DNA of 63,321 nucleotides, filler included, from Rhabdomonas costata (GCA_019059605.1; 23 parts of 23 records of this genome joined end to end with filler, not necessarily neighbours in it), one strand, 5' to 3'; counted from the whole stretch's first letter, positions 46,938 to 60,172 are shown. The notes: generated from the letters alone by a model not told the origin. Program-made: numbers and translations.

Positions 46938-48937
46938 GTCGTGGACACCTCACGGGTTGCGCTGTGGGGAAGCTCCTTTGCCGGCGGCCACGTGATCGTC
47001 ACGGCGGCGACAGTCGCCAAGAACGTCAGCTGTGTGGTATTTCCGCGCGATGCTGTATCTCATCACATCACCGCGGAACGAAGCAGACCCAAGCGCAGCA
47101 CGTAACCTGATGACGTCCTTGTACCTTTTGCCGCTTCGGCTGGGTGCATCCTTCTCGACCACCTGCGTTGGGTTTGGTTGAAAGGCTAAACTGTAGGTAA
47201 GGGCAGTGATTCCTCCCTGAGACCGGACCGAAACAAGGGGATCTGGCATCGGTACAACGGACAACTTTAGATAATGTGGGGTTGACACTTGGTGGGATAG
47301 CAGGAATGCAGAGCTGAGCTCACGGGCAATTTCCATCCCCGGAAGGACGCCTGCAAGGGTTCAGTGTAAGTTTTTTTTGACCAGGGCTGTGCAGACCTAA
47401 ATCTTGAGCCCAGGAATCATTTGTTTGCGGACGTTTCTATTCTCGTGGGCTGCTTCTTCGGTGGGAAGCGGACAGGCCAAATGTACGCTCTCTGGATTCA
47501 TGGGGGGGGGTACAGGTCTCCCAGATTCCGCACCTCGATGGCAAGATGGCAATGAAGCTGGCGCGGGCCCGTCGAGGCACTGCGATGATGCTCAAGGTTC
47601 CTTTTCGTGGGATGGGGGAGGGGCCTTTGCCGCAAGGGCTGGCTTTTTTCTGTTTAAGAACTGGGTTGCCCTTGGCCAAGTTTGCCATGTGTTTGTTCCT
47701 TACCACGAAATTTTTCTCCCTACCACGAAATTTCTTTTTTCTTGCGTCTCGGTCACAAATCTTGCAGTCAATTACCAAAAAAAATGTAAATTCTTTTAGA
47801 CAAGCCGCGAACCTGATTTCAGTTCGGATGGCATTGCCGTACTTGTTGCTGTATGGTCTCGAAACGGCACTTTCTGATTATGTTTGACCTTCCCAATATC
47901 TCCTCTCAAGTCCCTGGAAACAGATCAACAACGGCTGATGCGGGTTTTTATGGTTCATCTTGGAATTCGATCCCTCCTTTTTGTGTTTGGGAGCGGTCAC
48001 AACTAGCAAGATTTGCTACCACCAGATCTGCCGCGGGGTGAGCTCTTCCCGTTCTTCCCGTTCTCTTTTGGTTGTATTGATGTGTATCTTGTGCAGTGTC
48101 TGCGTAGTGTCTGCTGTCCTTGCCGGTGGGTTTGGTCTTGGTCAACCCCTCCAAAAGGTCCTCTATGCCGCTGCTCGTGACGTGGTTCGGCGAGCTTTGG
48201 GCATGGGGCGGGTGTACATGTCTCTGTCGGCGACTGCCCCCACCCCAGCGGCGATCACCCTGACAGAGACGCAGCTGAAGTCCTACTACTCGAAGCACCC
48301 CAAAGTGTACCTGGGAGGTTTTCCGCGCGTGCACGCACACTATTTCCACACACGTCTGTGCGTGGATGTGCCCCTGTGCGTCCTAGGGAGAGAGCTCCCT
48401 CGGAGCCAGTATTGGGTTAGGGTCGCAATTGTGGGTTTGCGTTGCCTTTCATCGAATTTATGGTGTGTTTCGGACCATTGTCTGCCATCAGGAAAACAGT
48501 TGCGCACTCCCATTCAGATCCGAAAGCTGTTCACGGTGTAACGAGCTATGTCTCGGAACCATCGAGTACATATCGAAACTACCTACCCTACACCCTACCC
48601 TACCTACCAACCTACCCTACCTACTACCAACTACGCGACCTCTCGGCTCACCCGCTCAGGGTGGAAGTGCAAAGTCCCGGCCTCAGTGCTATTTGAGATT
48701 CCCTTCTACAGCCCCGTAGATTACCTCCCCAACGTCACCGCCCCGGTACTCTTCGTGGAGGCCGCTGTGGACACGCTGTGCCCCAAAGAGGCCCTGGAGA
48801 AGGCCCGCCAGCTGGCCCCCGGGGCCACCGTGAAGACCTTCGGGGTGGACCACTTCGATATCTACACCAAGCCCACAATTGTCTCAGTCATTGAGGAGAC
48901 CGCGGCCTTCCTTAACCAGCACTTTCACAAGAAATGA
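46938..48937 (+). CDS. Alpha/beta hydrolase (S9/S15-like), 5' partial (exons ..47036, 47516-47596, 48158-48317, 48660-48937)
   Basis: VDTSRVALWGSSFAGGHV (nucleophile Ser), V|VSQIPHLDG, APVLFVEAAVDTLCP (Asp) and DHFDIY (His). All introns are GT-AG and in phase. Confidence 0.9.
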
Positions 48938-49983
48938 GCGAGAGTTTGCGGGGGGTGGGTAGTATGGCATGACCGCAAACCGCTGCGATTCTGCTGTTTC
49001 AACTGGTTGACGAAAGAAGAGAGTGAGCGCACTGTTGGTCGCACCGTTGTGGTGACTGGTGACATATCATAATGTTGGTGAGAGCTGTGCTTTGACGGTC
49101 CTTGCCGATACTTGTTTTTGGTGCGATGTGACACTCTGACGGCCTGCTTTTGCTTTCGGGGCCGCCAGAGCTCATTTTTAGACAAAATCCTGTCAGAGAA
49201 AAAATGTAATGTTGAAATGTTGAAGAGGTGGAAAAGGGTTTGACAGGTAATCTGCTTCAACCTCTTCTCAAGGAAAAGATATTGTTGCTTAGGTTACTGA
49301 TGGGAGTGATGCACTCCTTTCTTTTCCTTGTCGCTGTTCTCCAGCCTGTTCTGTATGGCCGCTTTTCGGCCTTTGCAGGCCTTGTAAAATGGCTTTCTTG
49401 GAGATCTGACTGCTCTTTTTCCTCCATGGATCTGCGCACAGCCCAGGTGCTTGCTTGTGCTGTCAGCACTACCTGTTAGACGGTCCGCCTTGTTTGATCA
49501 TTTGCGTGCTTCTTCATGGAGAGGGAGATTACTGCCGTTTTTATCCACACCACCNNNNNNNNNNNNNNNNNNNNNNNNNNNNNNNNNNNNNNNNNNNNTT
49601 AATTAATTAANNNNNNNNNNNNNNNNNNNNNNNNNNNNNNNNNNNNNNNNNNNNTTGTGTGTGGGACAGGTCTTTTCCAGAGGCCAACTCCAGCCCGGCT
49701 GAGGCGAGGACTCCGACAAGGGGTTTTTAGTAGCCTTGACCACACCGTTGAGATACGGTTCCGTAGCTGATCGTGGCATCGTTGAACCGTTCAATGCCCA
49801 ACCCAGTGCCGCTGGGTTGGACTAGCGAGCTCCGCCAGGAAAAAAGAGAAAGCCGTCACCCACGGCTATCTCACTTCAGGCAGCGATCGAAGCCCACCAG
49901 GCGGTGGATTTTCCTATGGACATCCAATTTGGCCTTCGTGCATTGTACCGCTGTGCGCTTGCGCGTTTCTCTGGGGGTCACAG

Positions 49984-52166
49984 GTTGTGTACACCACCTC
50001 CCGGCTGGCACTGTATGAGATTATTCGGGACATGATTTCTGGCGGAGACCCCAAGAACGTGGGGGTGGGGGCCAGGATGTTTAGTGGGCCCACCGCCGGG
50101 GGTATCGCGGCGCTGATCTCCTGCCCCGTGGAGGTCTCCCTGGTCCGGATGCAGGTCTTTCTTTACCGCTTCTGCACGTCCCTGTTCAGAGGAATTAGGA
50201 CGTTGAGAGAAGTGCTCGTCGAGAGGGTGAGCGCCACACCGATTGATCTTTATTTGCTTGCAAACAAACACTCCTGACCCCAGGACTCTCCGGACCCCAA
50301 GGACCGGCCCCGGAGGCCTGCTGTATATACAAAAGACCCCAGGCCTGCTTCGTCTTAGCCCTCCTTACATCATGCTCCCTTCATAAAATTTGTTCGCTTC
50401 GCATTTTAACGTCAGCGAATTGTTGGGATCCAACAGCTCCCCCTCATGCACAAATACTGTGTTTCTCTGGTCTCTGGTGTATATTCGCGCTATAGTGCGC
50501 CGCCTGTCTCTTTTCGAACGACGACCATAGTCGCAACCGCCCAGGAACGCGATATCCATCTCTGGGCGTGAGTCGAGTTTCGTTTTGACAGCGGATACAT
50601 GCCTCGGTCTGCGTCCAGCAGCTGTGCGGTATACTTCAGACGTGCGCAAGTCTCGGTCCCCGGAGGCTACGTTTTATGCAAACAAACATGCTTACATTTT
50701 GCATGCTTCTCTGAAGCTTCAGAAAGGGGGCTCACCACTGGGTTCAAAATTTCAGATTGTTTTCCGAGTGTGCGAGTAAGACTTGCTGCTTGCCCCGCTT
50801 CTAAATTCTCGTTTTGTGTCAAAGGCCCGGCAAAAAAGCTAGCCTTTTTATGAACGAGAGAGAGAGAGCACAGCGGTGCGTTGAAGGTGATCGTCTGATA
50901 GCTATGCACAAAAAAATGGAAATAAGGATCTGGCCCAGTCTCATTCCTCTATCCACCAAACAGGCTGACGGGCGCCTGCCCGCGGCGCAGCGGCGCAACT
51001 ACAAGCACATCTTTGACGCCTTGCTGCGGATCTCCCGGGAGGAAGGTTTGCCCCCCACTCCATCTCTCACACACTCTTTTTTCTCTGATTTCCTTGATTT
51101 CCGCACGGGCGCCACCGTGTCTGAGTGAGTGAATGTGGACAGTTGCGGCGCATCAGAAGCAATGGTGTTCGTCGCCGGGGTTTCCGGGTCCGTTTCAATT
51201 TCACACGCGCACGCGCGCTCTCCTGGCAGTTCCGCAGATCGAGATTGAGATTTAACCATCTGGTTCAAAGGTTTCGGAGAAAGCGCTGCAATTTCTCTGC
51301 ACGCCTCCCGAAATTTCAGATGCGCATACCCTCCACTGTTCTTCCGAAGAACGCACCGGATAGCTGGAGCCGTGGTGAAGGTGGGTAAGTGTGATTAGCT
51401 GGGAGCCTGCCTTTTGTTCATTTTTCTTCCTATTCAAGTGCATCCTTGTGCTTCCACGCCAATGTAGATGCCACAATCGTTAATCTTGTGTCCATCCTGT
51501 GTGTGCATCCAATTCTCTGATATGTGCCACTGCCACTGTTGGCACCGCTTGTGCAGGCATGCCGTGGTTGTTGTGGGTTATCCCGACGGGATGGACCGCT
51601 CCCAGCTCGTCTCTCACCCTCCTCCCATTCTGCAAAGCTCCCGGTGCCGCCGAGGGTGGCTCTTGCTCTTTTCCATTCTGTTGCGTTTAACCCAAGGTGT
51701 GGCGACGTACTGGCGCGGCTGCACCCCTACCGTGACTCGGGCCATGGTGGTGGGGCTGACCCAAGTCGGATGTATGTTTGCCCTTTTTTTTCATCGCTTT
51801 ATGTTCTTCTGCAGACCATTTGTTTTCTTTGAGGTATCTGTGATGGTGTATTTGCATTAAGCCTGTTTCATATTCTCCGAGGCAAAAATTGACATACTTC
51901 TCAACGCAAATTCTGCCCTCTCCCGAAGGAATGGCCACTGCTTCCTTGGGTATTTGGGATAGGGATGAGAGCAGACCCCCTGCACACATGTTTGAAAATC
52001 AGCTTGTAATTTTGCTGACAGTTGTTTGATCTCACACTTAGCTCGCCCGTGGTTCCACGGGCGTTAGAACTGCCGTTATTGACAGCCTTCTTTCCTTTTC
52101 TCTCTACGTTTTACAGGCTACGATCAGTTCAAGGATATGTACAAGTCGTACTGCGGGTTCAAGGAC
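49984..52166 (+). CDS. Mitochondrial 2-oxoglutarate/dicarboxylate-type carrier (SLC25A11/DIC/DTC-like), internal exons (49984-50154, 50964-51045, 51697-51771, 52117-52166)
   Basis: YTTSRLALYE, CPVEVSLVRMQ|ADGRLPAAQRRNYKHIFDALLRISREEG|VATYWRGCTPTVTRAMVV and YDQFK. PxExxxxRMQ carrier signature. Confidence 0.93.
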
Positions 52167-52653
52167 GTATGTCTGGGGTTGTTTTGGATTTCAAGTTTTC
52201 TCTCTGCCCCCCGTCCGCCCATAGAATCTCTGTTGAAATGGGCGTTTTTCCATCTTTTCAACCTCCCAAGTTCCACCATTTTCCTCGAGGATATGGATAG
52301 TCAACGACNNNNNNNNNNNNNNNNNNNNNNNNNNNNNNNNNNNNNNNNNNNNTTAATTAATTAANNNNNNNNNNNNNNNNNNNNNNNNNNNNNNNNNNNN
52401 NNNNNNNNTGTACCCTCACGATACCCGCCTTACTCCCCATCTTCCCGGGGAAATTAGTTGTTTTTGCCCCCTCTTGAATCACACCACATCCACGGAACGT
52501 GTTCTCAGCTTTTTTCTTCACATTTTCCCTAATGATCACTTGACCTCCAGGCATTCCATCAAACTTCCTTCCTTCCTTCCTTCACCTAAATTATCGCACT
52601 GCCTTTTTCCCGAAACCTGACCACTCGGTGCGCTGCTTGTAAAAAAGAATGAG

Positions 52654-53813
52654 GTGGGCACACCATTCTGCGTGAGCGGGGAGAGTCCGACAGCACCAGC
52701 AGCGAGGTATGACGTGGAGCCGAAGAAGCCATCGAAGTGCAGGATTTTGCTCTGCAACAGCTGGGAGAAGATCAGTCGACTTGCGGGGTATTTTTACACA
52801 CGGAAAACAGTTGGAAGTGGATTGCTACCAGACATGCATTGCTAACAAAACAACAAATATGAAAAAGGGCTGAACCATCCCCATAATCCCAAAGGACGAG
52901 GCGACTCTGCCTGTACCCGCGCCATAGAACACAGGGTCTTTCGGGCCTCAAATGCCCCGGAGAAGCTGCATTTGCAAATGGCATTTCCGCGCAATACCAC
53001 TGGCCATTGGCAATTGGAATTTGCCACTCCACCCTGCATGGGCATAGTGGTCGCATCAGTGTGCTCAAGCCCAGTGGTGCCCTACTGCACAAAACCCCTG
53101 GTGTATTTGGACTGTGGGGCATTCACCAAAGTATGTTGACAAGGCCAGCTCTCCGAACCTGCCCAAGGGCTGTCCAGGTCAAACAGGTAGCAGGGTTTCT
53201 GGAGGTTTTCCGAGTGCTACGAGGAGGTGACTTGACGTGACGTGAATTACGTAAAATCACCCACCTTGCGCAGAGACCCAAGTGGCGTGAGAGGTAATAC
53301 GGAATATATCCACCAACTTACTCGAGCAGGCAAGTGCTGGTGTTTGTGTTGCCAAAGTGAAGCACACCCGAGAAGAGTTTTGCTCCAAAATTTTCCTTAT
53401 TAAAACTGAAACCTCCGGAGAAACGCACAAACCTCGCCGTCCTCCAATTTTTGACCTTCAACGCACTTTATGTGTTTATGTGTGTGGGAAAGAGTGGCCG
53501 CTTCCTTCTCTGGACACTTTGGTGGTGGTAGGACATCACCTGCTTCCATGCCCTGAACCTCTCCGACAACTGGGATTTCGCTGTCCCCACGGTGGAGTTG
53601 GCTGAGGAGGCCAAGGATACCCACCATGCCGCGCTGTCGGAGCACTACCCCCTGCACTGCAGGGGAAGTCCCAGGTTGTCGAAGCGCACAAAAGTCGGAC
53701 CCAGTAAGGGAAGCGCCGGGGGTATCACGCACTATGTTTTAGTCACATCCATAAAGCATTTTTCAATAAATCACTCAAAATATTTGGTCAATCTGTGGAC
53801 TCTGGTGATGTGA
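52654..53813 (+). CDS. Hypothetical multi-exon protein, C-terminal part
   Basis: Phase-compatible exons (..about 52787, 52935-53130, 53532-53813): RILLCNSWEKISRLAG|VFRASNAPEK...YLDCGAFTK|DITCFHALNLSDNWDF. No recognised domain. Confidence 0.35.
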
Positions 53814-54682
53814 AAACTTTCTCAATAACCTTTTGAGTCTTTTCAAAGTATCTGAACCAGCGTGTTTATACTTAGGCACTTGATTGGACTCCGCAGCCCC
53901 TCTTCTCTTAATGCTTTGTAAGAAAGATGCACATTAACGTAGGTATTTGTATCCGAACATAAGTGTGCTTTGGGGTCATATTCGCGGCGTTTTGTCAGGT
54001 TTATTACACTGTTTTGTGTCTCATTTAGTATTCTCGCGTAGAGTTGGTTGGCAGTGCTCCAAAGAAACTTTCAACTTGAAACTTTCGCTGAAATTTTCAA
54101 TTGAATTTCTGATCCTCCCGGACCTTTACGGAAATTTCAGACAGTATTTCAGTCAAAAATTCAGTTACAGCGCATCTGCGCAACCGCTTTATTGCGGTTT
54201 TTCTTTGGTGTTCGGGCAAAATTGGCGAGTACACGGAATGCCAAGGTCTTTTCCACGCATTACAAGGGCGACCCTAACGGCATGGGCAGTGGGGACGGTG
54301 AACACAAAAGGTGGCAATGAGTATCTGGGTGTTGTGTGCTTGTGCTTATGCCAAGGTGTTCTTGCGCAAAAACTTCGGTTTCGCCGCCAAAAATGAAGAA
54401 AAAAATTAGTACGTTGCAATTACACGAGAGTGTGGTTACGGGGTCGCTGCAGTGGCCTCGCCTTGATGTGAATAAGAAGAATCCGGTCACAGAGAAGCAT
54501 TTTTTTGAATTATTGACCGTTTTTGCCGCACGTTATTTCAGGGCGTGAGCTTTGTGATTTTCTCTTCCGTTAAGGTGGTGCGTGTGGCTTTCTCCTTGTT
54601 CTCCACCCCGGAGTGAACCCCCCTGTGGACTTTTTTGGAAACGGCGTGATCTCCTTTTGCGTCCAACTTGCCTTGTTCAGTA

Positions 54683-55050
54683 ATGTCGGCTTCGAGAGGT
54701 CCCCCAAAGCGAGTGCTGATTTGGTTTCGAAATGATCTCCGGCTTCATGACAATCCTGTGCTTACGGCAGCCACAAGAAGGCTTTCGCAAACGCATGGGG
54801 AGCACGTGTGCGTGTATTGCTTTGATCCCCGCCAATTTGTCAACACCTCTTACGGAAGCAAAAAGACTGGGGCATACCGTGCGCAGTTTTTGCTTGAGTC
54901 AGTGCAGAATTTGAAGAGGAGCCTACAAGCCCTCGGGTCAGACCTCATTGTTGCTTTGGTGAAGCCCGAGGAATTTCTCTTCAAAGTTGTCACCCCAGAG
55001 TCCGAGGTTTTTGTTCACGGGGAAGTCACATGGGAGGAACTCGTCGTGAA
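54683..55050 (+). CDS. Cryptochrome DASH / photolyase-family protein, N-terminal part
   Basis: VLIWFRNDLRLHDNP, VYCFDPRQF..TSYGSKKTGAYRAQFLLESVQNLKRSLQALGSDL and EVTWEE are DASH-type N-terminal motifs. Confidence 0.9.
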
Positions 55051-56991
55051 CAAAAACCCCAANNNNNNNNNNNNNNNNNNNNNNNNNNNNNNNNNNNNNN
55101 NNNNNNTTAATTAATTAANNNNNNNNNNNNNNNNNNNNNNNNNNNNNNNNNNNNNNNNNNNNTGTGTTTTGTAAGGGTTGTGTACCATCAGTATAACGTC
55201 TTTTGTTGCATACTCGTTCTTGTAGGGCTCTGTCTATGGCAAGCCAATGCGCGCTGTTCTGTTGGCCGCCTTCTTTTTTTTCCTCTTCTTTTCCGCTGCG
55301 ATAGATTCCCCCCCTGGGGGTTACGGGTTTGGGGTCAGGGAGGCTCAGTGGGGCTCTCCCGGCTCTGGTCTTTTTTTGGTAAGTTGTGGGTGCTTCAGCA
55401 CTCCACGGACATGTGTACATAGTTCGCACAAGGAAGTTTTGCCAGGGTTCTGGTTTTTTTGGTAGTTGGTGATGGATTGGGGATGGATTTTGAGTATGGG
55501 TTGGACTTTGGCGTCATTCTGGAAGCCATTCTGTGACCTCTCCAAGTTTCCGGACGCTTCTGGTGGTGCCTTTGGCCTTTTCGGTCTTTTTACTCGTGCT
55601 GTGTGTTGCCTTGTATTGTACTGTAAGTTGTCTCATGTTCAGCCCAGTGTTTCTCAGATTCCAATCCCTTTGGAGGGCCCGAGCTAGCTCGAACATATAG
55701 TGGATCCCCGCTGCAGCATCTCCCTGCTTCTCGGGTTTCCACTACTCACCACTTTCCGAGGGTTATATGCATCTGGGCTTGCTCTTTGGTCGTCCTATAT
55801 ACCCCTGTTGTCTTTCGCTCTGCCTTCTGTGGCGAGCGTTTTGGCCCCCGAGCGTTTCGGACATACCCAAAAGCTATGATTGGCGTTTGCTTTGCTCATT
55901 TGTGGGGCCCCCTTGGCTCAGCTTTCCGCCCTGTTTTCCTCAGGAATCGGGGTTGCAAGGAGTCAGCACTTGTTCTTGTGCGTGCGTGAGGGAGAATGAT
56001 TGTTTTTTCACCGCACTGGCCCTCGCGCTTGTGACCGCACTCGTGTTTAGCGCCTCCGTTTTTTTCTCGCCACCACCTGTTTTTGCCAGTGTCTGGCCTC
56101 TCTGTCTTGTCCACGGCGTGGCACCTCTGGCCGCCGCGCCAAACCCGCGGGGTTCTTATTGTGGTGGTGGGATGGGTAGATGGTCCTTTTCTGCTGTGCA
56201 GTGTTTAGGCATTGTCTGCGTGAAGTGGACGCCTGGTTGGGTTGTTTGATGTCTGGTGTCAGTGGAGGGGTGATGAATTTTGGTGTGGCTTGTGTCGGTG
56301 TGGTTTCTCAGAGATTCCTACCATCTCTGACTGTGTCCTTTGCAATCTTTTTCTTCGGTAAGTCTGGTATGCTTGGCTTTGTGGAACAAAGCTCCTGTTT
56401 CGTAGAAGCCCTCACAAGACGTTCATCTCACTTCGCTGGTCCCAGTGAGAGGAGGTGCAAAGTTCCCAGGATTTAACCATACCTGCATTCAGGTTTTAAC
56501 AATACCTGCATTGCGATACCCGACTCACGTGCTGCAAAAGAGGAGCTCTGGCCTCAGCCCTTCGGCCTTCCGGATGTACAAGTGTTTGTCTTGTGTTTCC
56601 CTTGGAAATCCAGACGCGAGAAAACTAACACCCCAAAAGACATCGACTGTGCGGACCTCGGGGCCCCTGCGCATGTCGGGTGCTGTTACCGCCTTGGACC
56701 AATTCCAGAGCAAAGTTGCCTTGTTTGATGTTACCTGTTGCCGTCTTCCAAGCTGGTAATGAGTAAATATGCATCACTTGCTTATAAATTTCGTTCCTCT
56801 TTACTTTGTGTTTTTCGTTCTCTGCTGCTGAACACCTGACATTCTTGTCATCGTGTGACCCATGTCGAACTTGTGAAATCTGCGAGTCATGGATTCGCAG
56901 CCCTCCAGCTCTCGGATGTCCTTGAATTGGTACGCCTAGCTCGCCTCTCCTTACCTTAACAGTGCTAATTTTGCTTTGTTTTTAATCAATA

Positions 56992-57648
56992 ATGGCCCTG
57001 GAGGAGATTTTCACCTCGGGCATCGGCCGAGCGCTGAGTACGGAGGAGGCGGAGCTGCTGCAGCTGCTCTCTCCTCAAGGCATGGCCAAGGTCAACGCAG
57101 ACATTGCCCAAGGTGCAGCTGTATTTTTTATGAGGTGGTCAATAAGGTAGTTAATGTCCTTCGGTTTCATTTTTTCTTTCTGTTTCGGCTTTCATTGCTT
57201 TTCATTCGCCCAGCAACACCATGTCAAAGGGCTGCCAGTTGATGTAACCCCTGTAGACACGCTGTCTGCTGTCTGCTGGGCGAGCAAAGGACAAAGTCAG
57301 CGATTGTTTTGCAACGATGTGGAAATTCCATTACGGCGGGACTCGCTTCTGCAGCTGCGGGGGCACTTTGAAATCTTTCTCGTAATGCGGCAGCCGTGGA
57401 ACAAGAGCCCTTTCAATCTCTCTGTGCTTCTCTGCTTCTCTGTTTCGTGGACCATTGGACAATGAACATTTGAGGTGGATTTTTGCATTTTTGAAGAACT
57501 GCGCGTTATTTCAAAACAGTTTCACGTTCTGTGTGTCCCGACAGGAGCCTGGAACCATCCATCGCACAAGCCTCTCATGACATTCAGAACCGAAAGGAAT
57601 TTAAAGCCCTACTGTGGCCTCGACGACGCATCCGCATCTGTGCTGTGA
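56992..57648 (+). CDS. Hypothetical protein, candidate last exons (56992-57112, 57545-57648)
   Basis: GC-rich coding-like segments with phase-1 compatible GT-AG ends: MALEEIFTSGIGRALSTEEAELLQLL...IAQ|GAWNHPSHK...*. Confidence 0.3.
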
Positions 57649-58127
57649 CACCTTTGCCAACGAATGGCTGCCTTCTGAAATAATCTCATCAGACACGCTG
57701 TCTGCTCAGCACGTGATAGACAATAGTCAGCGAATTTTAGAGGGAGTTTCCGTTGCACTGTAGTCGAGGCACCGTAGTTTCTCGCTCCCTCTGTTGTTGA
57801 CTAGAACCACCAACCNNNNNNNNNNNNNNNNNNNNNNNNNNNNNNNNNNNNNNNNNNNNTTAATTAATTAANNNNNNNNNNNNNNNNNNNNNNNNNNNNN
57901 NNNNNNNNNNNNNNNTTTTGGTCATTTATTTCTCTGCTACATGACTTTGAGCCTTGTTGTGCTTTGGGTTTGGCTGTCCCTTGTGTAGCCTGCGCTCCTT
58001 TGCCTTTTCCATTCCTGGACCTGGTCTGTTTCTTCATGCTTCTGCTTCTGCTTCAGCATCTGCTATTCGCATAGTCTGCGCCGCTCTGTGTCATCGTACT
58101 TTCTTTACCTCATTTACCCGCCTCAGA

Positions 58128-60172
58128 ATGCTGCAACACGGCCACAAGAGCCGGGAGATGCTTTTCTCGGACGGCGAGATCAGTGACCTGAGGGCTCAGC
58201 TGGAGATCGTGCTGCAGGAGGACTTCACATTTCTGGGGCCTGGCCTGCTGCGGCCCCTACTGGAGGCCGTGGCCAGCGCCTGCGCTGACAGGTGTGTCTC
58301 TGTTAGAGGGACTTGTTCCATGCCCCGTATCGTATCTTGTACTGTTTTTTGCGGAGGTATTTGCACCTGAGTATTTTTGCTGGCTGCTCTTACAGCCGTT
58401 GTCTTCCGCTACCTCCCCTACCCCCACCTTCCGCCCACTTGTTGGAAGGACTGCACCGCCTTTTTTTTTTCGCCAGCTCAGTATTGACGAGTACCAGCGA
58501 TGCGGACCTATCAATGCACCCACCGCACTCAATGCACACTCAGTGTGAGTGATCTTTGAGGATGCGCAGCAAGTCGAAGAGGTAAGGCAGAAAACTGCAG
58601 GACCTGTTAGCAAGGAACCGGGGAGGCAGCAGCAACGCGGAGAGGACGGCACAAAAAACACAGCAAACTCAAAACTACAAGTGTCTGCAACTGGACGCTC
58701 CGGGCCAATGGGGTAAGGGGTGAGAGTATTTTGGATTTCACATCAGCCTGAGGGCTGAAAAGAAAGCTTGGTTTTGGGTTGCCAGTACAGTAGCCAGTTC
58801 TAAGGTCGCTCCCTAATCGCTGCGAGATCGCTGCGAGGAAAAGATCTACTGTATGGTTTGCGCTCTACATTTCGGGGGTTTCTCGCAGCACGGTGAGCCT
58901 TCTGAAGGTTTTGGACCAGGTGGTGTGTGCGTGGAGCCAGATCAGTGAGCCTCAGATCTGGCAGCGTGTGGCGCCCTTCTTCGCAATCGCGGACCTGGAC
59001 AACAAAGGCACCCTGGACGTGGAGCAGTTCAGGGCTTTAATGAGGTGAGGCCGATTGTCTAGTGGTCACAATCGAAGAAAGTGTGTTATCACGGTTACAC
59101 ATCAGCTGCCAAAAGATGAAAGAGACTGCCCTGGAGGTGCAAGTCCAATACTGTGCTTCGGCTTATGCCCCACAACCTTCATCGTGCACTGTTGCCCATG
59201 TTGTTGGTTTTTGCCCTTCGTCAGTGGTTTTTTCGTGCTCCCCACACATCCATAAGAATCGGAATATCCGCGGGGTAACGTCGTATTTGACGTTTGGTCG
59301 AAAAAGAGCGATGTGCCGAACATAAGTGTGCTCAGGGCAAGTTTTATAGTTAAAGGGTCCACCAGTGTCTCCAGCCTAGGGCTTCGTTGATGCGATGCAC
59401 CGCCCGTTTGTCCTCTTCAATTGCGTGACGGTTCTCCATCGCTTTCTCAACCTTTTCACAGGATCTTTGACCTGGGAGCAGAGATGGACGACAAGACGGT
59501 AGTGCTTTTTTTTGCAGTTCTTTTTTCTAACAAATGGTCTCCTTTGTGCGAACTTTGCTGTGTTTTACATCTATGAGGGGTGAAGTTTAAAAGAATGTGG
59601 ACATGCCGCGTTATTCTGTAATTTCGCCCCGAATAAAAGGATCCTTCTATTCCTCGTTTCAACGTTTCCCAAAAACCACCAGTTTGACTTACAGAGGTTT
59701 GGTGGGGGTAGAATCGCATTTGTATCTGCATTGTCCAAGTGTGTGTGCCTTCACATTTAGCTATTTTCTTTTGTAGGGTTGCAAAGGTGGAGTTGGTGCC
59801 GTAGTTTGCGCTTTTTCTGAAAAGAAAGGCATTATTTTGGGTGGTTTCCGAGAGTTTACTTGCAATTTATGGGCTGCTTGTGTATGTGTGATGATAATTA
59901 AAAGACGATGTCTTTCCAGATGGAATGAAACTCGAGGGTGTGCCGAGTGCTGGAAGTTGGGGCGAGGCCCTTTTTTAGGATCTGAAAAAAGTCACTGGAC
60001 TGCGGCGGAAAAGTTCTTGCAGGCGCAGGGATTAGCACCAAACAGACCGATTATACAAGAGAAACGCAGCACCCTTTTATTTTAATATTTACTGCGCTTC
60101 CTTTGTTTTGGTGAATGGTGTCAGCTATGTGCTCTTCGCCTCATTTGCAGGTGGCCACAATCTTTCAAACCG
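58128..60172 (+). CDS. EF-hand protein, multi-exon, partial
   Basis: Exon 58889-59044 encodes FFAIADLDNKGTLDVEQFRALM (EF-hand loop). It continues in small exons near 59461 (IFDLGAEMDDKT) and 60151 (VATIFQT). Upstream exon 58128-58291. Confidence 0.7.

Noticed and set aside
22791-52166. Euglenid non-conventional (non GT-AG) introns
   Set aside because: Every intron I could anchor by protein homology resolved to GT-AG. No spliced-leader, rRNA or snRNA gene was recognised either.
53007-53100. WD40-like STLHGHSGRISVLK
   Set aside because: Splice phases favour a different frame for this exon, and there are no further WD repeats.
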